64,000 nucleotides of DNA from Lingula anatina (taxonomy: Eukaryota > Animalia > Brachiopoda), in the NCBI GenBank assembly GCA_051362555.1, contig CM120648.1, forward strand, positions 11,032,587 to 11,096,586. Direction: 5' to 3'. Both the position numbers and the translations under genes were made by a program. The notes under the pieces were generated by a model. The model had not been told where the DNA came from, did not search any database, and saw only the letters and a program-made list of their open reading frames with translations. The first letter of the stretch is position 1; each line of letters begins with the position of its first letter. Of the stretch, positions 1-11,390 are shown piece after piece.

Positions 1-71
1 GTTTCAAATACAAAAAGAAATAATTCCGTAGTAATTGGAAACCTCGTTAATATAGGCAGATTATTTTTCAG

Positions 72-803
72 GTGGACGACAGCCATGGTCTTATCTATTG
101 TGAGGTCCCCAAGGTGGGTTGTACCAACATGATACGCCTAATGTACGCCCTTACGAGGAACGTAGACCCAAAATTATACCAGTCTCTAAACGGCGGTCTG
201 GTACACGCCTCCTACAGGAAGTACCTGGTGCCTTTGTGGAAATTCTCCGACTACGGGATTAGGTTTCGTCTCGAGAACTATCTGAAAGTGATGTCTGTCC
301 GGCATCCACTTGAGCGACTGGTGTCGGCATACCGGAGCAAATTAGAAAAAGGAAACAATAGATATTACTCCAGAACCGTTGGTCAAGCAATCGCACGGAA
401 TTTCAAACTTAATGAGACGGTGGATGGGAGGAAAGTTTCTTTTATTCAGTTCGTAAGATTTTTAATTTTGACGTTGAAACAAGTGGACAAGTCGGTTGAC
501 CGGCATTGGAGGACGTATGATAAATTATGTAATCCTTGTGACGTGAAATATGACGTCATTGGACATTACGAGACTCTAGATCGTGACATGAATATGGCGC
601 TCAGAATGCTTGGTGCAGGAGATACGTTTCAGTATCCTACTTCCAACATGTCTGCAGTATCGTCTGCGGATGTTTGGAAGGCATATTACACAAATTCATC
701 TTTGACTGAAATTGACACCTTATGGAAATTTTATGAAATGGATGGATTTTTGTTTAATTATACGCTGAATGAATTGACTTCAAGCCGGAAAAATACGCTA
801 TGA
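72..803 (+). CDS. Carbohydrate sulfotransferase (Sulfotransfer_2, CHST8-14-like), terminal coding exon
   Basis: Follows the acceptor ttatttttcag (AG at 70-71). Motifs YCEVPKVGCTN (5'-PSB), VRHPLERLVSAY (3'-PB), HW..Y..LCNPC...YDVIG..ETL..D and a C-terminal YEMDGFLFNY. Upstream exons lie outside the window. Confidence 0.93.
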   Translation: MDDSHGLIYCEVPKVGCTNMIRLMYALTRNVDPKLYQSLNGGLVHASYRKYLVPLWKFSDYGIRFRLENYLKVMSVRHPLERLVSAYRSKLEKGNNRYYSRTVGQAIARNFKLNETVDGRKVSFIQFVRFLILTLKQVDKSVDRHWRTYDKLCNPCDVKYDVIGHYETLDRDMNMALRMLGAGDTFQYPTSNMSAVSSADVWKAYYTNSSLTEIDTLWKFYEMDGFLFNYTLNELTSSRKNTL

Positions 804-2092
804 CGGTATTTTTAGGATTAAGAATTTTTAAGATTCTGTAATTATTTTTATTCAATTAGAACATTCTTTTTCTATTCGTTTGTCTAAAAATGCTACATGT
901 TTGCATGGAAATTGCATTTCATTCTTTTAAAGATGATTTTCAACTCAGAAACTGGATAATCCCATGTACTTTTCCATGAATCTTGTGTACTAGCTGGTGG
1001 GCCAATATTACTACAGACATTATTTTTCAGTAATACTCCATTGTTGCAATTTTGATGCAGTTGATAAGAATATAATTGCCATTCCTTAATTTTTAGACAC
1101 CGACATGAGTCGAGGTATAATTTCAACCATCACCAGCAGATTGACGCTTTTTCGAACAAAGACAAACCCCCTCCCCCCGAAAAAGAGGGGGCTGATAAAG
1201 ATTTTATAGTCATTAACCTAACAAAAGCATTCCGTATGGATATTTTGTATCTTTATCATGTTTTGTAAGTTATGTTTTTGTTTGTTTGTTTTTTATACTA
1301 TTTGTACAAATGTATTTAATGATCTGAATCTTTAAGTAAGTCAAATAGTGTTTACCTTTGCAAAATATTCACTACAAAGACAAAGGATACCTTATTACAC
1401 TAGCTACTGTTACCAGTCGGTACCTTTAGGTTTAGAGACTGGTTTTCTTTCATTTGGAGACACATATGTATGAAATAAGTAAGATAAACAAATAAATTTG
1501 AATAACTACATGATGTTTAAGTAAATTGTACAAAGTAAACGCGTTCAAATATCCATTCCTCATTGCGAGACAAGTAATTGGATGAGCAAAATTTTAAACT
1601 ATCAAATGTTTTCAGTTACCAGTCTTATAGTTTATGAAATACTAAAGATAATTAGCCGAAAGATAGGAAAAAATGCCGTTTATTTCTCAAGTTCATAAAC
1701 CTATGTGCAGAAAACCTATGTGGAAAATATTCATGCAAGAAGCCTTTATCAGTGACAAGGTAGAAAGTTTTCATTTGATCAGATGCCCACCAACGAAGCT
1801 TGTGCGGCTCCTTGGTAACTCCGCGGTCTTGGGCACACGCAGACACTAAAACGTGGTGAAGTGAAATATCCTTTATTTTACGAAGGTGTAAACGAGGGAT
1901 CCTATTTTTTTTATCACAGGGGTCGCTACCTGCTGCAGGCTCTGGAAGTGATGTTCTTCAGTTTTGTATTCTGTGCTAGAGACCACTGTTTTATTGCAGG
2001 GTCCTTCTGCAGCGTCTAAAATAAACTTGGGTATAGCGCCCCGTTCCAAACAAAGTTACCATTTTGTATTAGATTTTTATACCATACAATAA

Positions 2093-2193
2093 CACACTGG
2101 ACAATAAAAGTGTCACCCCTACTGAACCAATACTTTGGGGGAGATAAATGACTGTGGAATGATATGCTCCTGGTATCATTTTATTGACATCAA

Positions 2194-2237
<44 letters not shown>

Positions 2238-3515
2238 AAAAAAAAATATGAGAACAAAATATACATTCTAACAAGATATGCAGTTTCAAGTTCAAAATCA
2301 GTACTTAGTGGCATAACCACGTGACCTAATAATAGCTACCAGTCTACAAGGCAAGGGTTCATATAATTGTCTGATGCGTTCAGGGCTTATGTTGGCCCAA
2401 GCATGAAACACTTAATCAAACAGAGTTCGTCTGCTGGTTGATCGGGCATTTGTAAAAAGTTTTGACATATCATTCCACACATTTTCTATTATGTTTGCAT
2501 CCGAACTCTGTGCAGGCCACATCATCCTGCTAATGTCCTGTTGGTCAAAACAATCATCAACTGCTCTGGGCCTGTGACAAGGAGCATTGCCATCCTGGTG
2601 AACAAATGGATAATTCCTGTCACCAAACATGTTAATAATAGATGGTAGCAAGTCTGACTCCAAATCATCGATATATTTCTGATGATTTACGTTTCCATCA
2701 ACCACTACCAATCCACCAACGCCATGGATGCTTATGCAGCCCCACACCATGATGAATATGCTGCTCTGGGTTCGAAAATTCAGTGCATGTGGTTCAAATA
2801 CTTTACCAGCAGTTCGCCTGCATCGTACACGCCTGTCATCAGAGGTCAGACCAAAGCGACACTCGTCAGAAAATACTATATAGGACCAATTGTCATGGAC
2901 TGTCAAGTTCCAGATCCTGTTGGCCCTAGTTCACTCTACATTGCCTGTTTTGTAACGAAATAAGAGGTTTCAGTCTTGCTACCCTGCTGTACATTCTCTG
3001 CTCATGTAACCGACGCCTAGCAATTTTCACAGACACATTCTTATGTGTGAAATTTTTCCACTGTGTTGTCAACTGACAAGCAGTGTCGAACCCTGATAAC
3101 CTGGACATCAAAATCAGTCATCGGTCTTGACGGTCAGTAGTTTTTCTTGGACGACCCATCAGAGGCAATGTGTCTCTTGATCCAGTGTTTCTATACCGAG
3201 ACCAGACCCTCTGCACGGTTCTGACTTAACAATTCAACTGTATCGATATTCTGACATTGCTTATATTCCGTCTCTTCAGGTTAATAACTTGACGTCTATA
3301 ATCGTTAGATGATTGCCTGTATCTTGCCATATTGGAGGAAGACAGGATTAACATTTGCTGTAGGCCTACATGTACAAGACCAACAATAAAATTCCATGGT
3401 ATAGCGGTTTTATACTCATTAGTCACATTACAAGTAGACCAGGCATTATAACTACCCACGATCTGCCTAATTTGATTACTATGATTTAGGGGTGACACTT
3501 CTATTGTCCAGTGTG
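2093..3515 (-). mobile_element. Tc1/mariner DNA transposon with TIRs and a decayed transposase
   Basis: TIR cacactggacaataaaagtgtcacccct (2093-2120) inverts at 3488-3515 with one mismatch. Minus-strand fragments give an HTH region, FSDECRF, MVWGCIS, QDGNAPCH and WPAQSSDANIIENVW, broken by stops and frameshifts. Confidence 0.92.
2198..2232. repeat. (CA)n microsatellite inside the Tc1 element
   Basis: Direct dinucleotide run. Confidence 0.95.
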
Positions 3516-3713
3516 TGTAGCTCCAAAATTAAAAACTGAAAGTAGGTTTGGTTGAGTTTTACTTTAATCTTCAAACTGTTGTCCTTCGGGGGTACAACAA
3601 TTAAATTTTCCAAGAGTATAATTAATTATGGGATCTTAATGACACCACCTTAATGTAACTACTAAGGTGTAAAGCGCTAATTGTCATTTAACCTGGTTGC
3701 TTATGGCTTTTTG

Positions 3714-3928
3714 CAGTGGCAGATATAGGGTCCTGACTCCCCCTTCGACTTCTGAATAAATCATACCAATGGTCCCCTCTTGAAAGTAGAATTTTGACTA
3801 GTTGAATCATAGTTCGCCCTCTAAAATACCAAATTTTTTCGGGGGCCTTCAGCAGGCCCAGAACCCCACGTCAAGGAGACCGGCTTTACTCTTTACTTTA
3901 CCTTTAAATAATACTGGATCCGCCCCTG
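3714..3928 (-). mobile_element. Non-autonomous hAT-like MITE (CAGTGGC...GCCCCTG family)
   Basis: Ends cagtggc / ggatccgcccctg. Its internal sequence matches, in reverse complement, the copies at 17136-17315 and 29779-29982. Truncated copies recur in each tandem unit (~4850-5050, ~5995-6210). Confidence 0.75.
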
Positions 3929-4026
3929 CTAGGTACTCTAATTTTCTCTGAAATTATTATTCTGTACAACCACCCTCTAGTTAAGAATTTATTGGGAAGA
4001 AATAATAGGTGTCAAAAGATTTTTCT

Positions 4027-4212
4027 AAAAAGGTTTTCGCCTCCTCGCTACCATAGCGAGCCACATATCAACCCAAGCCATTTGCTGTGTTCCACCCAAG
4101 GCACCACTGTTGCTGGCACCCAGGCTAGGACCCAATGACTCACGTCCCTTCACTCAGCTATGGCAGTAGCTGAGTGAGTTGGCGAAGTCCTGGCCAGGGT
4201 CAAGACCGGCTC
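4027..4212 (-). ncRNA. Putative Pol III (type 3 promoter) structured ncRNA, copy 1, ~186 nt, family unknown
   Basis: On the minus strand, TTTATATAT (4245-4237) lies 23-24 nt upstream of AGAGCC (4213/4212), and a T5 run follows at 4031-4027. The GC-rich body folds into an 11-bp perfect hairpin, a GU-rich 12-bp hairpin and a long 5'/3' helix. Confidence 0.6.
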
Positions 4213-4236
4213 TGGTTAAAGTACTTGGAGTCTCCC

Positions 4237-4279
4237 ATATATAAAGGGATTCGAGTTCCAGTAATTACCTGCGTGGTAG
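4237..4279 (-). promoter_or_regulatory. U6-like TATA box plus candidate PSE for ncRNA copy 1 (repeated in each unit)
   Basis: TTTATATAT as in the U6 TATA box. CTACCACGCAGGTAATTAC sits at about -67 to -49, the position of the PSE in U6-type promoters. PSE identity is inferred from position only. Confidence 0.5.
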
Positions 4280-5183
4280 CTACAATCTACATGAAGGTTT
4301 TTCCTATCTAGCCAATATAAATTCTGTACAATAGGCCAAAGGAATTTGGTTCGTTCAAGTGTTTGAAACGCGTTTTTAAATCTTTTATCTTTATTCTAAA
4401 TAAATGATATTTGATTTTCTTTTAATGTTATAATAGATAATAAGTAATATGAAGAAACGTTACCTAATTTGGAAGAGCAGATAGGTTATTACCCTGTAAA
4501 CGAAACTCAAGGGGTTTCTCAATAACTAATAGCATTTACTATTGTTGCCAAATGTTTGATTTAGATATCATTCTATTTTTAGATATCGCACACTTGCCAG
4601 GTAAGCTCTATTGCTGAATATTCGATAAAAGGATTGTGGCCACTGAATTTGATAAAATGCTGGGATATTGATCAGTAAATTTTATTAAAGTTTTATAAAA
4701 ATGGGAAAATAAAAACTTTCTCATTCAGTCGCAGGTATCAATCTAAAAGCGGTCAATTCCCGGCGTTCAATTCGCAAAAGGAATGTTAAATGTTTGAAAC
4801 GGACCATGGTATTGTATTCTCTTTTGATGAAGAACCCCTCCCCCCCTCCCCCCACTCCCTTGATTTCTGAAAAACACACCAAATGTCCCTTCTTGAAATT
4901 AGAATTTTGACCAGCTGAATCATAGTAATAAACCGTACCATATGGAAGCGTTCGCCTTCTAAAATACCAAAATCTCTATGGTGCCTTCAGCGCCAAGGGG
5001 GTAACCTTTTCGTTTGCGCCCTCCTTTAAATAATCCTGGACCCTTATCTGCTAGGTACTCTGATTTTCTCTTAAATTGTTAATCGGTACAGCCACCCTCT
5101 AGTTGAAGAATTCACAAAAAAAAAAAAAATTAATGAATAAAAATTAATAGAAAGAAAAAAATAATAGGAGACAAAAAATTTTT

Positions 5184-5371
5184 AAAAAGAGGTTTTCGCC
5201 CCCTCGCTACCATAGCGAGCCACATATCAACCCAAGCCATTTGCTGTGTTCCACCCAAGGCACCACTGTTGCTGGCACCCAGGCTAGGACCCAATGACTC
5301 ACGTCCCTTCACTCAGCTATGGCAGTAGCTGAGTGAGTTGGCGAAGTCCTGGCCAGGGTCAAGACCGGCTC
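5184..5371 (-). ncRNA. Putative Pol III structured ncRNA, copy 2
   Basis: Near-identical to copy 1: one A>G change in the 3' linker and a CU inserted before the T5 run at 5188-5184. TATA at 5404-5396. Confidence 0.6.
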
Positions 5372-6310
5372 TGGTTAAAGTACTTGGAGTCTCCCATATA
5401 TAAAGGGATTCGAGTTCCAGTAATTACCTGCGTGGTAGCTACAATCTACATGAAGGTTTTTCCTATCTAGCCAATATAAATTCTGCACAATAGGCCAAAG
5501 GAATTTGGTTCGTTCAAGTGTTTGAAACGCGTTTTTAAATCTTTTATCTTTATTCTAAATAAATGATATTTGATTTTCTTTTAATGTTATAATAGATAAT
5601 AAGTAATATGAAGAAACGTTACCTAATTTGGAAGAGCAGATAGGTTATTCCCCTGTAAACGAAACTCAAGGGGTTTCTCAATAACTGATAGCATTTATTA
5701 TTGTTGCCAAATGTTTGATTTAGATATCATTCTATTTTTAGATATCGCATACTTGTCAGGTAAGCTCTGTTGCAGAATATGCGATAAAAGGATTGTGGCC
5801 ACTGAATTTGATAAAATGCTGGGATATTGATCAGTAAATTTTATTAAAGTTTATAAAAATGGGAAAATAAAAACTTTCTCATTCAGTCGCAGGTATCAAT
5901 CTTAAAGCGGTCAATTTCCGGCGTTAAATTAGCAAAAGGAATGTTTAATGTTTGAAACGGACCATGGTATTGTATTCTCTTTTGATGAAGAACCCCCCCC
6001 CCCCCCGACCCCCACTCCCTTGATTTCTGAAAAACACACCAAAGGTCCCCTCTTGAAATTAGAATTTTGACCAGCTGAATCATAGTAATAAACCGTACCA
6101 TATGGAAGCGTTCGCCTTCTAAAATACCAAAATCTTTATGGGTGCCTTCAGCGCCAAGGGGGTAGCCTTAACGTCTGCGCCCTCCTTTAAATAATCCTGG
6201 ATCCTCCCCTGCTAGGTACTCTGATTTTCTCTGAAACTATTAATCGGTACAGCCACCCTCTAGTTGGAGGATTCATGGGAGAAAAAATAATAAGAGACAA
6301 AAGATTTTTT

Positions 6311-6498
6311 AAAAAGAGGTTTTCACCTCCTCGCTACCATAGCGAGCCACATATCAACCCAAGCCATTTGCTGTGTTCCACCCAAGGCACCACTGTTGCT
6401 GGCACCCAGGCTAGGACCCAATGACTCACGTCCCTTCACTCAGCTATGGCAGTAGCTAAGTGAGTTGGCGAAGTCCTGGCCAGGGTCGAGATCGGCTC
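6311..6498 (-). ncRNA. Putative Pol III structured ncRNA, copy 3
   Basis: Four substitutions relative to copy 1, each swapping a Watson-Crick pair for G.U or back on the minus strand. TATA at 6531-6523 and T5 at 6315-6311. Confidence 0.6.
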
Positions 6499-7238
6499 TG
6501 GTTTTAGTAGTTGGAGTCTCCCATATATAAAGGGTTTCGAGTTCGAGTAATTGCCTGCGTGGTAGCTGCAATCTACATAAAGGTTTTTCCTCTCTAACCA
6601 ATATAAATTCTGTACAATAGGCCAAAGGAAATTGGTTCGTTCAAGTGTTTGAAACGAGTTTATAAATTTTTTATCTTTATTTTAAATAAATAATGTTATA
6701 TTTTCTTTAAAAGTTATAATAGATAATAAGTAATGTGAAAAAAGATTACCTAATTTGGAAGAGCAGATAGGTTATTACCCTGTTATCGAAACTGAGGGGG
6801 TTTCCCAATAACTGATAGCATTTATTGTTGATGTTGATGTCAAATGTTTGATTTCGATATCATTGTATTTTTAGATATCACATACTTGTCAGGAAACCTC
6901 TATTGCAGAATATGCGCTAAAAGGATTGTGGCCACTGAAATTGATAAAATGCTGGGATATTGATCTGTACCTAAATTGGTTAATTATTTCAGTGACAGCA
7001 TTCAATTTTATTCAAATTGGGAAAATAGAAACTTTTCCATTTACAATAAATCCAAATGTGATCCCCCTGAAACTATAAATAAATGCATATATAATCATTC
7101 ATCGTGCTGTTATATGTATGTAAAGATCTTCATTTTTTATTAACGTATGTCATTGTTGTAATATGTAATAGTTCTTTCCTGAAAAATGTGCTGAAATCAA
7201 TAAACTTTTTATTATAACATATACACCATATTTTATAG

Positions 7239-8109
7239 GACCTCGATCGACTGGACAATGTGGACCTGACAGTTGCCTATGATTCATCATTTAAGATGAC
7301 CACAGCTGGCATAGGGGTGGACATTTACGTGGTGAATACCAGCTTAAATAAAGATCACGAAGATTTTGGAGTGCGTGTGTCTTATGGATATTCCATTTCC
7401 TCTACGGCGGCCGATGATCACGGTCATGGATCCCACGTGGCCGGAATATTGGGTGGGGCAAAATACGGGGTGCCCAAAGACGCCAATATAATTGCGTTGA
7501 AATTAATTGATAAAGACGGCACTGGAACAGTTTCTGACTTTCTCAACGGGATACAGTGGATCCAAGATCAAATTAGAATAACAAAACGGAAATCTGTGGT
7601 TAATGTTTCTCTCCATTGGCCGAGCTCTCTGAATCTGCTAATTCTGCCGTCGAAGGCCTGGTAAAAGACGGTATTGTCGCCGTCGCTGCCGCTGGGAACA
7701 ATACAGGGGACACCTGTCAGTATTCGCCAGGCAGTGAACCGTTGGCAATATGCGTAGGGGCAACAGACTGGCTAGACAATGTAGTATCCAGTTCCAACAG
7801 TGGTTCTTTTGTGGAAATTTACGCTCCGGGGTTGCAACTAAAGAATGACTGGTATACCAATCACACATCAACTACAGTATGGTTCAAAGTGGAACTTCGT
7901 CTGCAACAGCGTTTGTTGCAGGGGCAGCGGCTGTGTATCTCTCTGCCCTACCAGACGAAGTCGTGCCTTCAAAAAACCTAGTGACTGAAGTCGAATCTTT
8001 TCTGTATTCAACAGCAGCCGCTGTTATGCATTTCGACTTCATAATCGCCACCTTGGCATCAGAATTCGTCAATAAAGTGGACAAAGCAGACAAGAACGGA
8101 AACTGGTGA
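7239..8109 (+). pseudogene. Subtilisin-like S8A serine protease (proteinase K/aqualysin-like), disrupted
   Basis: Starts after the acceptor ttttatag with DLDRLD. Motifs: VDIYVVNTS (catalytic D-T-G changed to N-T-S), HGHGSHVAG, VVNVSL, AAAGN, SPGSEP, IYAPG and SGTSSAT. Split over three frames (7260-7664, 7616-7981, 7879-8109). Confidence 0.85.
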
Positions 8110-9149
8110 GAGTTACCAAACTTTCGTGATTACATCGTGGTAGAATTTGCCATCCAGTCTAAACCGTGGCTGTTGACACAGTAATACTAACATCAAACAA
8201 TACAGGCTCAACAAACGGACCTGCATAGAAATTTGAAAATGAAGTCGTTGACCCCGGCGAGTTAATAATAAGCTGCATTGCTTTTGAATTGGGGACGGCC
8301 ATATTAGGCGGCGGATCAGTTAGTATACTTGGTTCGTCTATTCTGAATGTCCCCTTAGGCTGCATCTTTGAAGACTTGATTGTACTGACGGAATAATAGG
8401 AAGCAAACGCGTGTGATGATGTGAGCACTGTGCACGCCAAAAATGGCGTTCACGCAATGCACTACTCCATTGTGTTGGGTGTGTATTGTGTTAGATGTGG
8501 CTTTAATGAATTGGGGGAGGGAGCAACAGTTTTTAATCAGTAAAAGTGAAGGTTTGAGGCTGCGTGTAATCAATGGCGTGCTGGCGAGGAAAAATGCTTT
8601 GTAGACGAGGGCGATATTAATATTGCTGTATTATAGATGCATTATAGATGCACTAGATGGAAATATAATGATATTTTGTGTTTATATAGTGATATTTTAT
8701 GTAGTCAGGACCTCCAAATTTCAGATGGCAACATTGTAAGATAGAGCAAACAAGGTGTCATGAACATTCTGTCTGTAACCAGCAATACAAAAACATAACC
8801 GAATGCCTACCCGCATGGAAAGGTACTTGAACACTAGGCATTGAGCTTGCTATTGGGGATGTCTGGCATTTAACCAGACTACTGTTACATACGCTGTATG
8901 TGCAGTAGCAGTGAAAAATAAGAGATTATTTTATTTATAAACTGCGTGTATACTTTGTCCTTAAGCTGCATCGCCATCATCATTATCACCATCGCCATTA
9001 TGTGCCAGCTTCGTATAGTTTTGGCTATCAAGCTCTTTTGCCATTGGTATCTCGTGGGATGTTTGTCAACTTTGATTGTCCCGCTGTGCACAACTGCCAC
9101 CATTTCCCTCTTTGTCTTGTCTGCTTCTTTTTCCTCCCAAATCCCCTGG

Positions 9150-9540
9150 AAAAGTTTCTGATGTAGGGATTGAGCTGGCTATTGCGGATGTCTGGATGTG
9201 GTTGGCATATATAACCAGACTACTGTTACATACGCTGTATGTGGAGTAGCTGTATCATGCTGAAACATGACTGGGTGGTCATGGACCCCAAATAAATTCT
9301 GGACAGAAATTTCTTTCCACTACGTTAAGGTTGCCGTTGACCACTGCCAGTTCGCCAACATCACAGTAGACAAAACACCCCTTACTTGGGGTGCGGCCTG
9401 TCGAGCAATTGGGGATTAAATTCTAGCCAGCTGGCCTCCAATCACCTCTGACAACGCTTTACCTACTTTCTTCTGAGAACACAATCGTTGCCCAGTTGCT
9501 GGCTGGTATGCATGTTATATCAGATTCGACGTAGACTGCC
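9150..9540 (-). mobile_element. Tc1-like transposase relic
   Basis: Hand translation of the minus strand gives VGELAVVNGNLN...NLFGVHDHPVMFQHDTATPHTA, parallel to the Tc1 at 2412-2906. Part of it is duplicated at ~8850-8910. Confidence 0.7.
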
Positions 9541-10298
9541 TCCAAACACCAAAATGTATCACTCAAAAATAATTGGTATTTCAATGGTTACGCTTGGTAG
9601 GTCAATGTTCTATTACTCACACCCCAAATAACACGATCTGTTATCTAGTACTTATGTTACAGTGGAATTAAACACACGGGTACCCTTGTTGCAATGTGTA
9701 TATTGCCGGTAGGGTGGACACTGTTTTTTATGCTAGGGGACTATGCTTCTGACCTCGATATTCAGCAGATTGATAAATGAAATAACCCTTAATACGTGAG
9801 ATAACGAGACATTTTAACGCATGACCATACGTGTTATAAACGTGTTAAAAACGCCTTAGCGAATCGTCCGTTTTTAAGACAAGTCTGAATTCATTTTTTT
9901 CAGTGATAATAGAATCATTTATTAGACGTGACGTTGGTGCCAGATAGAAATATTAATTATAGGGATTATTTTAACAAAAGTATTAACTGAAAAAACACGG
10001 ATTTTAAAGGCAGTAACTTTAACAATATGTTTGGCAGTCTGTTCGCCAGTTTCAGTCTGTCTGTCTGTTTGTCTGCCTGCATGCCTGTCTGTATATTCGT
10101 CATTATGTTCGTGTATCCAGTTTACTCAAGCAGCAATTGCATTTTGCTAACGATCAAAAACTGATAAAACATGATTTTATTACATATTTAAAAATCTATT
10201 TCATTCCTGGATTGAAGATATTTTTGCTCCGATGTGTGAAAACCATACCTTTATTTGCGCTTTATGTAGCCCGTTGCAACAAAATGGTAGACGTAGAA

Positions 10299-11390
10299 TT
10301 ACCGTATTTTCCCGTAAAAATCCGCCCCCTCCCAACCGTTTTCTATCACCCAGGCTAACCCCTTTATTATCATTTCACCTTTGCTTAAAGCCCCGTCGCT
10401 GTTGGTATCTATTTCAGTAAAAAGAGCCGAGGAAAATGGGACGCGGAATATCTTCAGAAAATTGGCATGCTCTGTGTTGTTCAGATAGTCATTCCCATCT
10501 GCATCCACCAGATTAAAAAACTTGAGCAGCCATTCGACTTCCAAGCCTAGGTCTTGCATATCAACCGTTTTCACTCTGGTTATAGCCTCGGTTGAAATGA
10601 AGTCATCTACTGAAATGCTTTCTAGGTTTTCGTCATTCATGAAGCGTTTCCACCACATTTCCCAACATTCCTGCAAGAACGCTTTGATTTTCTTTTCTTT
10701 CTCGGCGGAATTCGTTATCACTCTTACTCTTGCTGCCGTCATGTTTACGAATTCGTTTCCATCCATTTTTCCGTCACCGTTTACGTCAAAATGCCCCATG
10801 AATGCTGCATATTTCATTGCCCAAATATCAAGTGACGGATTCCCATCGTTAGAAAGCTAAAATGAGAAAAAACAATGTGTCACAATTACATGCACTTGTC
10901 ATGATAATTTATTTGGTAAAATTTAACGGTAGGTTTAACAACTGGATTCACATCCTAGGAATAAATCAAAACAAATAAGATTTTCCGCTTGTGTACAAAC
11001 ACAAATTTCGTACCTTCTTTGGTCTGTTATCATTATAAAATCTATCAAATTTTAAGACGGCTTTCATGACACTGACATAACCATGTATCTTACAGCATTA
11101 ACATCATGTGATATACAGTGTATGTACACGCATTCAAACGGGACGTCTTTTTATGTCACAATAAAAATAAAATTTGTGATGATCTATACCTTTTCGCCCC
11201 GTATAGCTAGAGTGGAAACATCATGTGATATACAGTGTGTGTACACGCATTCAAACGGGACGTCTTTTTATGTCACAATAAAAATAACATTTGTGATGAT
11301 CTATACCTTTTCGCCCCGTATAGTTAGAGTGGAAACACTATCAGTCATCATCGTGGCAGAAAAACATATTGCCAATAGACTGAAGAGCAT
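10299..11390 (-). CDS. Secreted EF-hand Ca2+-binding protein (SCP/calexcitin/aequorin-fold), copy 1
   Basis: Exon 11390-11307 (MLFSLLAICFSATMMTDSVSTLTIRGEK, then donor gtatag) splices in phase 0 to exon 10856-10299 (acceptor ttttag). EF loops DVNGDGKMDGNE, DADGNDYLNNTE and DTNSDGALSKGE. A likely 5' UTR exon ends near 14631 (donor gtaaat). Confidence 0.85.
11101..11337. repeat. 117-bp tandem duplication spanning the signal-exon splice donor
   Basis: acatcatgtgatatacagtg...gtggaa repeats at 11101 and 11218. Confidence 0.9.

Larger units (their letters stand above)
3770..7040. repeat. Tandem array of about three ~1.13-1.16 kb units
   Basis: Equivalent positions recur at 4212, 5371 and 6498 (periods 1159 and 1127). 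Copies 1 and 2 are nearly identical; copy 3 is more diverged. Confidence 0.95.

Noticed and set aside
4032-4062. HDV-like ribozyme suggested by plus-strand GCCTCCTCGCT
   Set aside because: There is no P3 partner (ACC follows instead of GGC), and copies 2 and 3 alter the motif.
4027-4212. Identifying the repeated RNA as 7SL, 7SK, RNase P/MRP, Y, vault, U6/U6atac, tRNA-Sec or telomerase RNA
   Set aside because: Only scattered short similarities (CAGCUACU..GCUGAG to 7SL; plus-strand GCCAGGG..TCGGCT to 7SK). It lacks the SRP helix 8 motif, paired GAUC motifs, the P4 consensus, ACAGAGA, a B box and a CUAACCC template.
5130-6625. Short ORFs within the tandem units
   Set aside because: They are not kept open across all copies and show no recognisable domain.
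10522-10860. Plus-strand ORFs opposite the EF-hand exons (also 16582-16863) and other antisense ORFs over real genes
   Set aside because: They are shadows of the coding strand.
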